From Anaerolineaceae bacterium (GTDB lineage Bacteria > Chloroflexota > Anaerolineae > Aggregatilineales > Phototrophicaceae): 64,000 nucleotides of DNA. Below are positions 10,006-20,705 of this stretch, piece by piece. A model generated the notes under the pieces. That model was not told the DNA's origin. It saw nothing but the letters and a program-made list of their open reading frames with translations, and did no database searches. The DNA lies in contig WGMX01000003.1 of the NCBI GenBank assembly GCA_016124855.1, forward strand, positions 19,765-83,764, read 5' to 3'. How positions within the stretch are numbered: position 1 is the stretch's first letter; each line of letters starts with the position of its first letter. A program made the position numbers and the translations under genes.

Positions 10006-12174
10006 TCAAACGGGCTTCGCATTAAGTCTGGCACGCCTGCGGAGTATCACCAGCGGCGTAACCAAGAGTGCAGTGATTAGAACACCGAGTATAACAAGAA
10101 AAATAGCACCCGTTTGATTTGCGCGTACCCAGCAAGAGCCTTGTTTGACCAGCGGCGTTATGGCGTTTTGTATCTGTTGTGTAAATGAACCCGTTGGAAG
10201 AGTGAAGGAACTCTCATCGGATATCGAAGGTTCCGATTCACGGCTAACTGAAGCGACCTTCACATAATAAGTCGTTCCGGGAAGAAGCCCGGACACGACC
10301 AGACTGTGATTTTGAGCATAATCCGTATCAATTGCCGCGGGCGAAATGATATGATCAGGTTCTAGACCGTACCATACCTGTCCGGTACTATCGACATCCG
10401 TTGTCCATGTGACGGTCGCATTCGTTCCGTCAATTGTAACTTGTACGTTGCTAATGACTGGCGCTTTGCGCTCACTCACATACTTTATTTTGTCCGTTGG
10501 TATGACGGGATCAGGGGTATCCGAGCCATCTAGTATGAGATTGGCGGCAGGTGTGGTCGGCTGCACACCCATGTCGGATAAAATGTTATACGTCATTTGG
10601 GTTATATATGGGTCCGGCGGAACAACCTCCAAACCGTGCGCCCCCAAACCCCATGACCATTGAATGGTTCCACTTGCAAAAACGATTGCACCACTAGGAG
10701 CGATATAACGTACGGAAGTCGCACTGCCTTCGCCAACATCCCCGTTTGTAAATCGTCCCGCATCGCGCACCATAAACCCATAAACCGGGGTATTCGTAAT
10801 GACCTGCAGGCCTTGTGGGCTAAAATCATTATCGGCAGTTGAGTCCCATTCCCATCCGACAATCTGATCGCCAACATCAATGTAGGAGTCAGCAGGCAGA
10901 TTTTGTAAACCTGTGTGGCGGTACAAACGATCTGATGTGTATTCAGAGGACAAACGCAGCGGGAAATACATTTTGTCGTTGTCCCCGATATACATCACAC
11001 CCAAAAGAGCATTTTCGGGATTATTTGCTCCTTTTGGATCCCGCCACGTTCCGGTTGGATGACCGCTAGGGTCATCTTTACCGCTTTCAGTGGTTTTATA
11101 AGTGACCATAACACTGTCTGGTTCTTGGGTCACAGGATCAGATTCAAAGCGCACACGCCAATACGATGTATTCGCACTAAAAAAGCCAATATTCACTCCT
11201 GCGTCGCGGGCAGCAGTAACTGCATCACGCATTTCCTGCGACCAATACTCGTCATGACCAACGGACAAGAATACTTTATGAGCAAGGAGTGCATTTTTTT
11301 CGCCGGGCTTGCCGGAACGATGTGTATCCATGCTGGTCGAATAAGTGACATCGTAGCCCTGCTCCTCGAGCCATCTTACCATCGGGTATTCAGCACGGAA
11401 GAAATAATTAGGATCATGAATAGAAGCACTATAGGGCCGATTAAGCGAAACCTTCACCGCACGCGGCGCATCGGCTACAGTATTACATGTCCCACTGCTA
11501 ACACTATAAACGGACTTGCCACCATAGTTATTGTACGCTTGAAAGGTGGTTACGCTCGATTGATAGAGTATCGCTGCCTTACTATCGTCTTGTCGAACAG
11601 TAAATACAGTTTCATTACCTAGACCATTGGTCGATTGCACCACCTGCGCCAAATAAACGCCAGATATCCAATCAGCAGGAATATCTAGTGAGTAGCTTAA
11701 GCCCCAGTTGCTACAGGTGCGCAAACCTGTATCTTCGACATTATTACAGTTTGGCTGTTTACCGCCCACAATATTGGGAATAGTTTTAATCAGACGCGCA
11801 CCAGCCCCGCCATAGTAACCGATACGATATATGCTAAGGTCAAACTTTTCGGTCTGACTGGCAACATAAAAGCCTATATTGCTACCGGCATTCACACTCG
11901 TTTCCGAAGCAAAAACTTCAATCATAGGTGAATAGTCAATTTGCTTCCAAACATCAGTTCCCGGTAGGCAGTTTTCTGCCACAATAGCATTTGCAGGTTG
12001 AGTACAGTTCGCGGTTTGCAAAGCTGCATATGGCAAGCGAGAATGTGTAGAATTTTGGGCATCAAGTTTGAGCACTGAAACCAAAACTAAAAAACACATC
12101 ACTAGTATAAGACTGATACGCCAACATTTTTTGCTTATTTCAGGTAAAACCACTTGATACCCCATAATTGTCAT
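10006..12174 (-). CDS. Exported, C-terminally anchored N,N-dimethylformamidase beta-subunit-like (DUF6605) protein with FN3-like domain
   Basis: Signal/TM; QAYNNYGGKSVY, VSLNRPY, EYPMVRWLEEQGYDV, SVGHDEYWS, GWEWD; FN3-like ATVTWTTD...GLLPGTTYYVKV; C-terminal TM followed by RRRAR. Confidence 0.75.
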   Translation of the reverse strand: MTIMGYQVVLPEISKKCWRISLILVMCFLVLVSVLKLDAQNSTHSRLPYAALQTANCTQPANAIVAENCLPGTDVWKQIDYSPMIEVFASETSVNAGSNIGFYVASQTEKFDLSIYRIGYYGGAGARLIKTIPNIVGGKQPNCNNVEDTGLRTCSNWGLSYSLDIPADWISGVYLAQVVQSTNGLGNETVFTVRQDDSKAAILYQSSVTTFQAYNNYGGKSVYSVSSGTCNTVADAPRAVKVSLNRPYSASIHDPNYFFRAEYPMVRWLEEQGYDVTYSTSMDTHRSGKPGEKNALLAHKVFLSVGHDEYWSQEMRDAVTAARDAGVNIGFFSANTSYWRVRFESDPVTQEPDSVMVTYKTTESGKDDPSGHPTGTWRDPKGANNPENALLGVMYIGDNDKMYFPLRLSSEYTSDRLYRHTGLQNLPADSYIDVGDQIVGWEWDSTADNDFSPQGLQVITNTPVYGFMVRDAGRFTNGDVGEGSATSVRYIAPSGAIVFASGTIQWSWGLGAHGLEVVPPDPYITQMTYNILSDMGVQPTTPAANLILDGSDTPDPVIPTDKIKYVSERKAPVISNVQVTIDGTNATVTWTTDVDSTGQVWYGLEPDHIISPAAIDTDYAQNHSLVVSGLLPGTTYYVKVASVSRESEPSISDESSFTLPTGSFTQQIQNAITPLVKQGSCWVRANQTGAIFLVILGVLITALLVTPLVILRRRARLNAKPV

Positions 12175-13728
12175 TTAACCGCGATGCCGATAAATTTGAT
12201 ACGCGCCAATTGTTTTGATGAGTTCATAATCTGTAAGATGATCGTCGGGATACAAGTGCGTATAGACTCCGATGGGACCGACTAGAACATAATCCGGATC
12301 AACATAATCGCGAAAGTCATAAAATTTATTCGCTTGTTCACCATTTTGCCATTGCTCGGCAACAGAATATGCAAGAATCAACTGTGGGGGGTAATGAAAC
12401 GTATTATCCGTTAACACGCTCATGCTCTGTTCCCATGTTTCAATAACAGCAGATTTGGGTATATTACCTTCTATCCATTCGGCAGCTTCATAAGATGCTG
12501 TATTGTCACTAGTCAAAACATCATTAAATCGCTTGTAAAATGGGATGATAACAGCAATAACAATCCAGCTCACGAGTAAGGCGCCAATTACCAGTGATGT
12601 TGACATTTTGTGGTCATTTGTTGACTTCCAAAATCCTGACAGGTCAATTTTAATCAGACTGACCAAATCACGGACAAACAACACAACGAAAAAGACAATG
12701 AGCACAACAGGACCGAATGCATAACGATCCCAGCCTAACGACACTGCATACAGCAGCGTAGATACCAGTACGAATATAGCAATGATGCCGCGATTTTGCC
12801 CCTGTTCATCTTTCGGCAATGAAGTCACTATCGCATATATTAAGGCCGGAATAAATAGCGCACCAAACAGCTTCGTTGACGTTAAAACTTCTGCGACTCG
12901 TGGGAGGCTATCTTTATCCATTACGATTAACGCGCCCATGCTCGCTGTACGCAAAGTCGCGAGGTTTTCAGCAAAATCGCTTCCCTGCCCCAACTTAATG
13001 ATTGATATGTAAAGCCATGCTCCAAAGATAAGGCCTGAGATAAGACCCGGTATCACAAAATAGCGCCAACCGCGCTGCTTATACCAAACCAAGTCGGCGA
13101 TCCAACATACCAGCAGTCCCGGCAGCATGAAGAACGCGTATTGATTTTTGGTGATAGCGCCTAAACCTATCAGAATGCCAACGGCGAGCAGTGCAGGAAT
13201 ACTACGACCCCGTGGATGTAACCAGAGGGCTAATCCGAGTAGAAAGAAAAACATCCCGGGGGCTTCGCCAACAACGGTACGGGAATAGTACAAATAGCGA
13301 ATAGAGGATGTGGTTAACACCAACACAACGGCTAGCAATGCATACGGCCAACTTGCCATACGTAGTGTAATGATATAGATCAGCAATAAGGTCAGTAAAC
13401 TGTAGACAGCGATCAATAACCGGGCAAGGGGAATGCTGACCTGAACAAACCTGAATAACGCAGCAATGGGCAGCATAACAGTCGGCCCGACCCCTACCGC
13501 GGGACCAAAGGGTCGATACCCCTCACTACTGCTATCCGCATATACGCCGTTCAAGGCAAAGTTTTTTGCAACATGAAGATGCGAACCTTCGTCATACCAA
13601 TCCACCGGGAAATCACTGAGGTGATAAAGCATTAGGAACAGTGTGACCACAATCACGAGACCGGTCAAGAAGTAACGCGAAAATCGCGAGACTCGAACAC
13701 GAGATCCTATCATGTTTACTGAAGCCAT
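12175..13728 (-). CDS. GT-C fold glycosyltransferase (ArnT/PMT-like, family 39-type)
   Basis: WYDE after TM1, SRTVVGEAPG, GAITKNQ, multiple TMs, RY motif, soluble C-terminal domain. Confidence 0.8.
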   Translation of the reverse strand: MASVNMIGSRVRVSRFSRYFLTGLVIVVTLFLMLYHLSDFPVDWYDEGSHLHVAKNFALNGVYADSSSEGYRPFGPAVGVGPTVMLPIAALFRFVQVSIPLARLLIAVYSLLTLLLIYIITLRMASWPYALLAVVLVLTTSSIRYLYYSRTVVGEAPGMFFFLLGLALWLHPRGRSIPALLAVGILIGLGAITKNQYAFFMLPGLLVCWIADLVWYKQRGWRYFVIPGLISGLIFGAWLYISIIKLGQGSDFAENLATLRTASMGALIVMDKDSLPRVAEVLTSTKLFGALFIPALIYAIVTSLPKDEQGQNRGIIAIFVLVSTLLYAVSLGWDRYAFGPVVLIVFFVVLFVRDLVSLIKIDLSGFWKSTNDHKMSTSLVIGALLVSWIVIAVIIPFYKRFNDVLTSDNTASYEAAEWIEGNIPKSAVIETWEQSMSVLTDNTFHYPPQLILAYSVAEQWQNGEQANKFYDFRDYVDPDYVLVGPIGVYTHLYPDDHLTDYELIKTIGAYQIYRHRG

Positions 13729-13753
13729 AAGCTAACAACCTACCGTTGATAAT

Positions 13754-15118
13754 CTAGGACTGTGTTTTTTGACCTGAAAGTTCACGCTCATGCGACCAAG
13801 TAGGAGCATCTGCCAGCACCTGTTCCACTATTTTCGTCGTGAAACGGGTTACCGATTCGCCGTTACCTAGATCGGGATAAATCATAACGGTATTGCCCAT
13901 GTAAAGCCGTTCAACCGGCGTTTGAATCTTTGGGATTTCGTCGAGGGTATTCATGGGGCGAATAGGCTCAACAAACTTGGCCCGTTGAACTATAAATTCC
14001 ACAATATCCGAATCCTCAAATTCGGGGAACATGAGGTGGAAGTATTTCATCCACTCGGCCTTCACCTGCTCGTCTGACCAATTGGCTATCGGGCTGTCGG
14101 GCGCAAGATACTTGGGCAGATAAACAAGGTGATAATCTTTGACGTATTGAGGATCAATGAGGTTGGTAGTTTCCACCACAGCGGTGAAGGGAATCTTTTC
14201 GTCGGTGATGTTGACGACATAATAAGGAACCAACTGCTTCTTGAGGATCAACAGTGGGCACATCACACCGAGATACTGCTGTTTGGCTAACAAATCCCGA
14301 AAGGACTTGTCGGCATTTGGAATAATCGAGCTGAGAATGGGCGAAGCCATCGTACTAATAACGGCATCGTAAGGCAGAAATTCACCGGCGATTTTGACAC
14401 CGGTGGCTTTATTATTTTCGATGACAATTTCATCAATGCCGGTTTTGAGGTGGAACTTCACCCCAAGCGCTTCACACTTTTTGGCAAGTGCCTCAATCAG
14501 CGTGTAATAACCATTTTCGAGATAGCACATCATCTCTTTGGAGGTTACGCCTTTGCGTGTTCCCATCATCCGTTTGAGCCGCGACCAGATATAGGTTGCT
14601 GGCACGCTCTCGGCAGTCGTATCAAACTTGGCGCGGAGGAGCGGTTTCCAAACTTTGTTATATGCGCCGCGTCCGCTGACTTTAACTAACCAGTTTTCGA
14701 CTGGAATGCTGTCCATCTTGCGCCAATCACTTTCGAATTGGGCATAGATCACTTGCAAACCTAAGCGAAAACGCTGAAAGAGATTCAACGGAGGAAACAT
14801 CATGAAATCAACTGGCGTATTGAAATCATACAGTTTGCCGCTGTCGTAAAAGCCCTGCTTAGTGACTGTGAAATGCCGTTTATCCGCTACGCCGCTTTCT
14901 TCCATTAATGACTGCATCATGGTGTCGCTGCTGAGAATAGTGTGATAGAAGCGATCCATTCGCACATCATCAAACAGCATGTAACTGGCTAAACCGCCGA
15001 GGTTATCGCCCCGTTCATATACATTCACCTGCATTCCCTGCTGTGCAAGTTTATAGGCCAGTGTTACACCCATAATCCCGCCGCCAATGACCGCAATCTG
15101 TTTCTTCGTTTGCTCCAT
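13754..15118 (-). CDS. FAD-dependent oxidoreductase (HemY/amine-oxidase-like fold)
   Basis: IAVIGGGIMG, VYERGDNLGGLA, DRFYH; start placed at ATG 15118 behind ggag. Confidence 0.8.
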   Translation of the reverse strand: MEQTKKQIAVIGGGIMGVTLAYKLAQQGMQVNVYERGDNLGGLASYMLFDDVRMDRFYHTILSSDTMMQSLMEESGVADKRHFTVTKQGFYDSGKLYDFNTPVDFMMFPPLNLFQRFRLGLQVIYAQFESDWRKMDSIPVENWLVKVSGRGAYNKVWKPLLRAKFDTTAESVPATYIWSRLKRMMGTRKGVTSKEMMCYLENGYYTLIEALAKKCEALGVKFHLKTGIDEIVIENNKATGVKIAGEFLPYDAVISTMASPILSSIIPNADKSFRDLLAKQQYLGVMCPLLILKKQLVPYYVVNITDEKIPFTAVVETTNLIDPQYVKDYHLVYLPKYLAPDSPIANWSDEQVKAEWMKYFHLMFPEFEDSDIVEFIVQRAKFVEPIRPMNTLDEIPKIQTPVERLYMGNTVMIYPDLGNGESVTRFTTKIVEQVLADAPTWSHERELSGQKTQS

Positions 15119-15154
15119 AAAATCCAAGTTCTCCAACCTGATACTGCGACTGCT

Positions 15155-15508
15155 TTAGCTGCGGCTGCTGATGAGCACGCCCGCAATGATGACAAAGATA
15201 CCAAGCAAGCGCATCGCTGTTACACGTTCACGAAAAATGAAGTAAGATCCGATGATGATCCCGATGTAGCTCAGGCTGGCGAAGGGATAGACGTAACTCA
15301 GTTCGAAACTGGAAAGCGCAAGTAACCAGTTAACCACCCCCAACCCATAAACGATCAATCCCCCTATCACCCACGGCGAAAATACAATGCGCTTGAGCAT
15401 GGCCGCGCCGGTTGAGGATTGACCAATTGTGCCCATTCCTCGTTTAAGGAGTAATTGTCCAGTGATGCCCAAAATGGTGCTTAGGGCGACATAAATATAA
15501 GGGGACAT
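15155..15508 (-). CDS. Small EamA/SMR-family membrane protein (ArnE/ArnF-like flippase candidate)
   Basis: Four TMs, GQLLLKRGM, LSSFELSYVYP, FRERVT; start at ATG 15508 just after the GT2 stop. Confidence 0.78.
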   Translation of the reverse strand: MSPYIYVALSTILGITGQLLLKRGMGTIGQSSTGAAMLKRIVFSPWVIGGLIVYGLGVVNWLLALSSFELSYVYPFASLSYIGIIIGSYFIFRERVTAMRLLGIFVIIAGVLISSRS

Positions 15509-15510
15509 GA

Positions 15511-16278
15511 CTATGAACTCCGTTCCGCAACCTCTGAGAATGCTGATTTCCCAAACAACGATTGCAACAATAAACGCCACTGGAATTTCAGATGGCTGCG
15601 TGTAACACGAGCAATTTTGATGCTCGACTGACCAAAGGTACGAACGTGGAGTGTCGTCGGAAATTCTGTAACACGAAAGCCCGCTTGAATGGCCTTGACT
15701 AGAATTTCAGTACCGGCCAGAAAGTCATTACTTTCAAAAGTGATGCTTTCCACAACCCGACGGCGATAAGCACGATATAAAGCAGTCCATGTATGAATAC
15801 GCCAGCTCACGAGAATGCGATAAAGGAGCGATGCCCCAAAACTAAAAATCAGGCGATAGTCGGGAACCCCTTCAACATGTCCATTAGGGTGATACGGAGA
15901 TGCTGAACAAATGTCACAGTCATCAGCCGCCATACGGGCTAACATTTGTGGAATGGTGTCTAGTGGATAAGTGCCATCAAAATCGGTGGTGATAATGACA
16001 TCGCCCTTAGCCTGACTTAACCCGGTGCGGATGGCAGCGCCTAAACCACGATTCACTTCATGAGATACGATACGCACACGAGAGTCATCTTTAAATTCAT
16101 CTTGAAGCAGGGCAGCCGTATTGTCTTTACTGCCATCATTTACAAAGACGACTTCGACATCATGGGTTTTGCTGAGTTGTTCCAACAAACCGCGCATCGC
16201 TTGTGCTGTTTGATGCACGCCTTCGGATTCATTGTAAGCCGGAATGACCAGCGAAAGCTTCATTTGCTTCTTCCTCAT
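15511..16278 (-). CDS. GT2 polyprenol-phosphate glycosyltransferase (DPM1/ArnC/GtrB-like)
   Basis: LSLVIPAYNE, VNDGSKD, NRGLGAA, DFD motif. Confidence 0.88.
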   Translation of the reverse strand: MRKKQMKLSLVIPAYNESEGVHQTAQAMRGLLEQLSKTHDVEVVFVNDGSKDNTAALLQDEFKDDSRVRIVSHEVNRGLGAAIRTGLSQAKGDVIITTDFDGTYPLDTIPQMLARMAADDCDICSASPYHPNGHVEGVPDYRLIFSFGASLLYRILVSWRIHTWTALYRAYRRRVVESITFESNDFLAGTEILVKAIQAGFRVTEFPTTLHVRTFGQSSIKIARVTRSHLKFQWRLLLQSLFGKSAFSEVAERSS

Positions 16279-16749
16279 TGCAAATTTAAGTACGTGATTT
16301 GGATCAAAATCAATTTAACAGTTGTATGGGTAGTTATATTTACACAGCGTTAAGTGTTTGAACCTGACAAGGACTTTAGCCCCCCCGCCTTGCGAACGGC
16401 TAAACTTTCGCCTAACCGTTTATGAACAAAACGTAAAAATGATTACATTTACAGAACATTAATTTTTATTAGTGAACTATAAATTCACCAAGACTCTCTC
16501 TCAACTTATTCATTCTAACTAACAACTGCCTTAAATGACCTTACAAATTCCTAAGGTTAATGATAACAGAACATTAGTGAAAAATTTCTTCACAAATCAA
16601 CAATTAAGACTCTAAACATCTTCGCACAGAGCCTGATTTAGCGCAATCGGTCAATAGGTTGACCTCAATTATTGGCGACAATGCTCAAGTTATCGGTATA
16701 TTAAAGGGGTAAACTTCACTATCTTTTAAACTAGGCCGTTAACAAAGCT

Positions 16750-18225
16750 ATGTCGACAAAACAACATCAACGCCAGAGTCAGAGTAACGCAGCCCCATTT
16801 GTGAAATATCAACTGGACGAAGCGTATGATGAGATGTTTGAACCCGAAGGTTCGTCCCGAACTCATTACGACGCGCTTTACCAGCGTGTTCTTGACCTGA
16901 CGCAAGAAGAACTCAAACACCGCCAGCAAGAGGCTGATCTTTCTTTTCTGCATCAAGGAATTACCTTTACAGTTTATGGACGCAGTGAAGGAACCGAGCG
17001 AATCTTCCCTTATGATTTGCTGCCGCGCATCATCACCGCCGCCGAATGGGCGACAGTTGAACGCGGGTTAACCCAACGCATCACCGCTCTCAATTTGTTT
17101 TTGCAAGATATTTACCACGACCAGCGCATTATCCATGACGGGATTATTCCGCCGGAGCTGATTTTTACCAGCCAACACTTCCGGCGCGAGATGCGCGGCT
17201 TGCGGGTACGTCGTGATCTTTACGTATCGGTTTGTGGCACGGATTTAATCCGCGTGCCAAATGGGGACTTTGTAGTGCTGGAAGATAACCTGCGCGTACC
17301 CAGCGGCGTGAGCTACATGCTTTCGAACCGGCAGGTATCGAAGCTTGTGTTCCCCAGCTTGTTCAGTGATTACGGCGTGCGTCCGGTTGAGAATTATGGA
17401 CGGGCGCTGCTTTCAACTTTGCAGCATCTTGCGCCGGATAACCGGCCTGAACCGACCATGATTGTCCTTACACCGGGCGTTTATAACTCGGCCTACTTCG
17501 AACATGCCTTCCTCGCCCGCCAGATGGGATTGGAATTGGTCGAGGGGCGTGATCTGGTGGTACACGATAACACCGTTTATATGCGCACGACCAAAGGTTT
17601 GCGCCAAGTGGACGTGATTTACCGCCGCATTGACGACGATTTTATTGACCCGCTGGCCTTCCGTCCGGATTCAATGCTTGGCGTACCGGGGTTATTTAAT
17701 GCCTATCGCGCGGGGAATGTGGCGCTGGCAAACGCTATTGGAACCGGTGTAGCAGATGATAAAGCCTTCTACTACTACGTTCCCAAAGTGATTAAGTATT
17801 ACCTCGGCGAAGACCCGATCATCAACAATGTTGAAACGTACATTTTGACAGAGGACAAACAGCGGGAATATGTCTTAGCGAACCTGCAAAAGTTGGTGGT
17901 CAAAGCTGTAGGTGAATCCGGTGGGTACGGAATGCTAATTGGCCCGCACAGCACCGCCGAACAGCGGGAGGAATTCAAACGGCGAATCATCGCCAATCCC
18001 CGCAATTACATTGCCCAACCGACGCTGGCACTTTCGCGTGCGCCTTGCTTTGTTGAGGGCGAAGTCGAGGCACGACATGTCGATTTGCGTCCTTACATTT
18101 TGTGTGGTGAAAAAGTGACGATTGTGCCGGGTGGTTTGACACGTGTCGCATTGCAACGGGGATCGCTGGTGGTTAATTCCTCGCAAGGCGGGGGCAGCAA
18201 AGACACTTGGGTATTAGATGAGTGA
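16750..18225 (+). CDS. Circularly permuted ATP-grasp type 2 protein
   Basis: [62 protein letters not shown]. Confidence 0.93.
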   Translation: MSTKQHQRQSQSNAAPFVKYQLDEAYDEMFEPEGSSRTHYDALYQRVLDLTQEELKHRQQEADLSFLHQGITFTVYGRSEGTERIFPYDLLPRIITAAEWATVERGLTQRITALNLFLQDIYHDQRIIHDGIIPPELIFTSQHFRREMRGLRVRRDLYVSVCGTDLIRVPNGDFVVLEDNLRVPSGVSYMLSNRQVSKLVFPSLFSDYGVRPVENYGRALLSTLQHLAPDNRPEPTMIVLTPGVYNSAYFEHAFLARQMGLELVEGRDLVVHDNTVYMRTTKGLRQVDVIYRRIDDDFIDPLAFRPDSMLGVPGLFNAYRAGNVALANAIGTGVADDKAFYYYVPKVIKYYLGEDPIINNVETYILTEDKQREYVLANLQKLVVKAVGESGGYGMLIGPHSTAEQREEFKRRIIANPRNYIAQPTLALSRAPCFVEGEVEARHVDLRPYILCGEKVTIVPGGLTRVALQRGSLVVNSSQGGGSKDTWVLDE

Positions 18226-18336
18226 TGATGGGTCACATGGGTGAGGCGAAATAGACGGGATGGCTGATGTTTTGGTTTACTGAGACGCCTATAATGACGT
18301 TTTGTAAGTAACGTCAACAAAAAGGATGGCTCTATT

Positions 18337-18837
18337 ATGACAACAAAACTCAAAGCCCCAACTTTCAAGACCCATGTTGATCTTTCCGAAGAGACGCGTG
18401 CTGAAATGGTTGATCTTTTAAATCAGCGCCTTGCGGATGTTTCTGATCTGTATACGCAGACTAAGCAAGCTCATTGGAATATCAAGGGCATGGACTTCAT
18501 TCAACTGCACGAATTCTTTGATGATTTAGCGGAACAGGTACTGCCTTATGTTGACAGCATCGCTGAACGGGCTACGGCAATCGGTGGTGTAGCGATGGGA
18601 ACGGCACGGATGGCTGCCGCAAACTCGACACTACCTGAATTTCCGGACGGGCCATACGACGGTAAATCGATGGTCAAAACACTGGTGGAAATTTACGGAC
18701 AGTTTGCCAACAGTGTACGCGAGGCAATTGATATAGCTGATGACGCGGGTGATAAAGATACCGCAGATTTGTTCACCACCATTTCAGGCGAGATGGACAA
18801 GCATCTGTGGTTCCTTGAGGCGCATATTCAAGTATGA
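18337..18837 (+). CDS. dps: DNA starvation/stationary-phase protection protein Dps
   Basis: KQAHWNIKG..FIQLHEFFD, DSIAER, DKHLWFLEAH. Confidence 0.93.
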   Translation: MTTKLKAPTFKTHVDLSEETRAEMVDLLNQRLADVSDLYTQTKQAHWNIKGMDFIQLHEFFDDLAEQVLPYVDSIAERATAIGGVAMGTARMAAANSTLPEFPDGPYDGKSMVKTLVEIYGQFANSVREAIDIADDAGDKDTADLFTTISGEMDKHLWFLEAHIQV

Positions 18838-18843
18838 GGCACA

Positions 18844-19692
18844 ATGTCTGAAGCATCTTCTTCAGGTGGTTGTTTAGGTTTCGTTTTCACGATGATAGCT
18901 GTCATAATCGGCGCGTTTATGACAGCTTTTAATCAATCTTCCGCAGTAGCTGTTCCCCTACCCTCTAGCGAGATTGTTACCCATATAAGTCTGGCTCCGA
19001 TTGGAACTTTTACGACTGAAGAATTGCAGCAAGCTAGCCGAGTCATCAGCAAGCGATTAGATGGGTTAGGCTTGTCAACAGCAGCAGTTGAGGTTATCGA
19101 TAACAAAACTATCCGTTTTGGATTGCCCCAAGTCGACAACTTGGATAACGTTCTTGAAACATTAAGCGCACGTGGTTTGCTGGAGTTTGTGGACTTCAGC
19201 GATGTGCCAGCTATTGGCTCATGGGCAGGTCACGACATATTGACAACAGGACAAGGCGATCATCCGATTTCTGAAAGCGCGGTCAAAAATCCTGTGACGA
19301 ACCAAAATTTTGAAACGGTGCTGACAGGTGACGGGATTCAATCTGCCGAAGCGGTTTTGAACCAAGATTTCGGTGGGCAATGGCAAGTCAATGTTGAATT
19401 CAGCGATGAGGCCGGAAAAATCTTGGGAGACTATACCCGCACCCATATCGGAATGCCGCTGGCACTTGTGCTGGATGGCAAGGTGCTAAGTGTTCCCCTT
19501 ATCCAAGCCGAGATTAGCACACAAGCGGTTATCGTGGGTAACTTCACAGAACAAGAGGCGAAGCGTATGGCGGTGCAGCTTGGTAGTGGTGCGCTGCCCT
19601 TCGAGATGCAAACACAGATAATCAGAATAGGTGTATTGCGCGGGGATTTCGGTCAGTCTGTTAGCACAGCAGCGCCGACCGCACATCCATGA
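18844..19692 (+). CDS. Stand-alone SecD P1-domain protein with one N-terminal TM
   Basis: VISKRLDGLG, LEFVD, VLTGDGIQSA, LALVLDGKVLSVPLIQ, GNFTEQEAKRMAVQLGSGALP; no C-terminal SecD TM bundle. Confidence 0.78.
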   Translation: MSEASSSGGCLGFVFTMIAVIIGAFMTAFNQSSAVAVPLPSSEIVTHISLAPIGTFTTEELQQASRVISKRLDGLGLSTAAVEVIDNKTIRFGLPQVDNLDNVLETLSARGLLEFVDFSDVPAIGSWAGHDILTTGQGDHPISESAVKNPVTNQNFETVLTGDGIQSAEAVLNQDFGGQWQVNVEFSDEAGKILGDYTRTHIGMPLALVLDGKVLSVPLIQAEISTQAVIVGNFTEQEAKRMAVQLGSGALPFEMQTQIIRIGVLRGDFGQSVSTAAPTAHP

Positions 19693-19748
19693 CAGACCAT
19701 TTTTGTTATAGTCAGTCTGCTATTCAGACCTTATAAGGTGAAACCATT

Positions 19749-20705
19749 ATGCTCTCACGAGTTGCTGATAACCTGTACTGGATGAGCCGTTATCTGGAAC
19801 GTGCCGAACATACCGCGCGGTTGGTCGATGTGCATCTGAACCTTGCCCTCGAATCCAACCGGCAGGAACCGGTGTCACGCTGGGGACGGCTGATTGATGC
19901 GCTGCACGTCCCGCCCAAAGAGGACTTAACGTTAGACGAATACAATGTGACTCACCGGTTGGCGTTTGATCAGTCAAATTTGAACTCGATAGTGGTATGT
20001 ATCGCCAATGCCCGTGAGAACGCCCGACAGGTCCGCGAGAAAATCAGCTCGGAAATGTGGCTGCAATTGAATACCCTGTATCTCGATTTGCGACGCAGCA
20101 GCATCGATGGCATCTGGAATGAACAGCCTCATCTTTTCTTCCTCGCCATTAAAAATGGTGCGCATCTCTTCCAAGGGATAACCGATACAACGATGGTTCA
20201 TGATGAGGGCTGGCAGTTCATACAAGTGGGTCGCTATATCGAGCGGGCTTTGTCGATTGCTACCCTGCTAGATACGCATCTGAGCGTGTATCCTGCCTCG
20301 CGCTATACCAGCGAAACCGATGATTATTTCGAGTGGTTAGGCTTATTGAAATGTTTCACAGCGTTTGAAGCCTACTGTAAAGTGTACAACGCGGATTTAC
20401 GGTCACATCGGATCGTTGAATTCTTGATGTACAATTCGGAATTCCCACACGCGATGCGCTTTTGCATCGAACAATTACAGACCTCGCTGCAAGCGATTTC
20501 CGATTCGGCTTCGGTTAGCAAAAACAGCCGTGTACATCGCTTAGCAGGTAAACTACGTTCAGGCATGAGTTTTGATACGGTTGATGATATGCTGGCGCGG
20601 GACACCCATGCTTACTTGAAAGACATCAAAGATCAATGTGCCTATATTCATAGCGCACTATACGAAACATTTATCACTTATGCGGTCGACACTGCGTTGG
20701 GGTAA
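19749..20705 (+). CDS. Alpha-E domain protein
   Basis: MLSRVADNLYWMSRYLERAE, ARENARQVRE, GRYIERA (duplicated ER motifs). Confidence 0.93.
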   Translation: MLSRVADNLYWMSRYLERAEHTARLVDVHLNLALESNRQEPVSRWGRLIDALHVPPKEDLTLDEYNVTHRLAFDQSNLNSIVVCIANARENARQVREKISSEMWLQLNTLYLDLRRSSIDGIWNEQPHLFFLAIKNGAHLFQGITDTTMVHDEGWQFIQVGRYIERALSIATLLDTHLSVYPASRYTSETDDYFEWLGLLKCFTAFEAYCKVYNADLRSHRIVEFLMYNSEFPHAMRFCIEQLQTSLQAISDSASVSKNSRVHRLAGKLRSGMSFDTVDDMLARDTHAYLKDIKDQCAYIHSALYETFITYAVDTALG

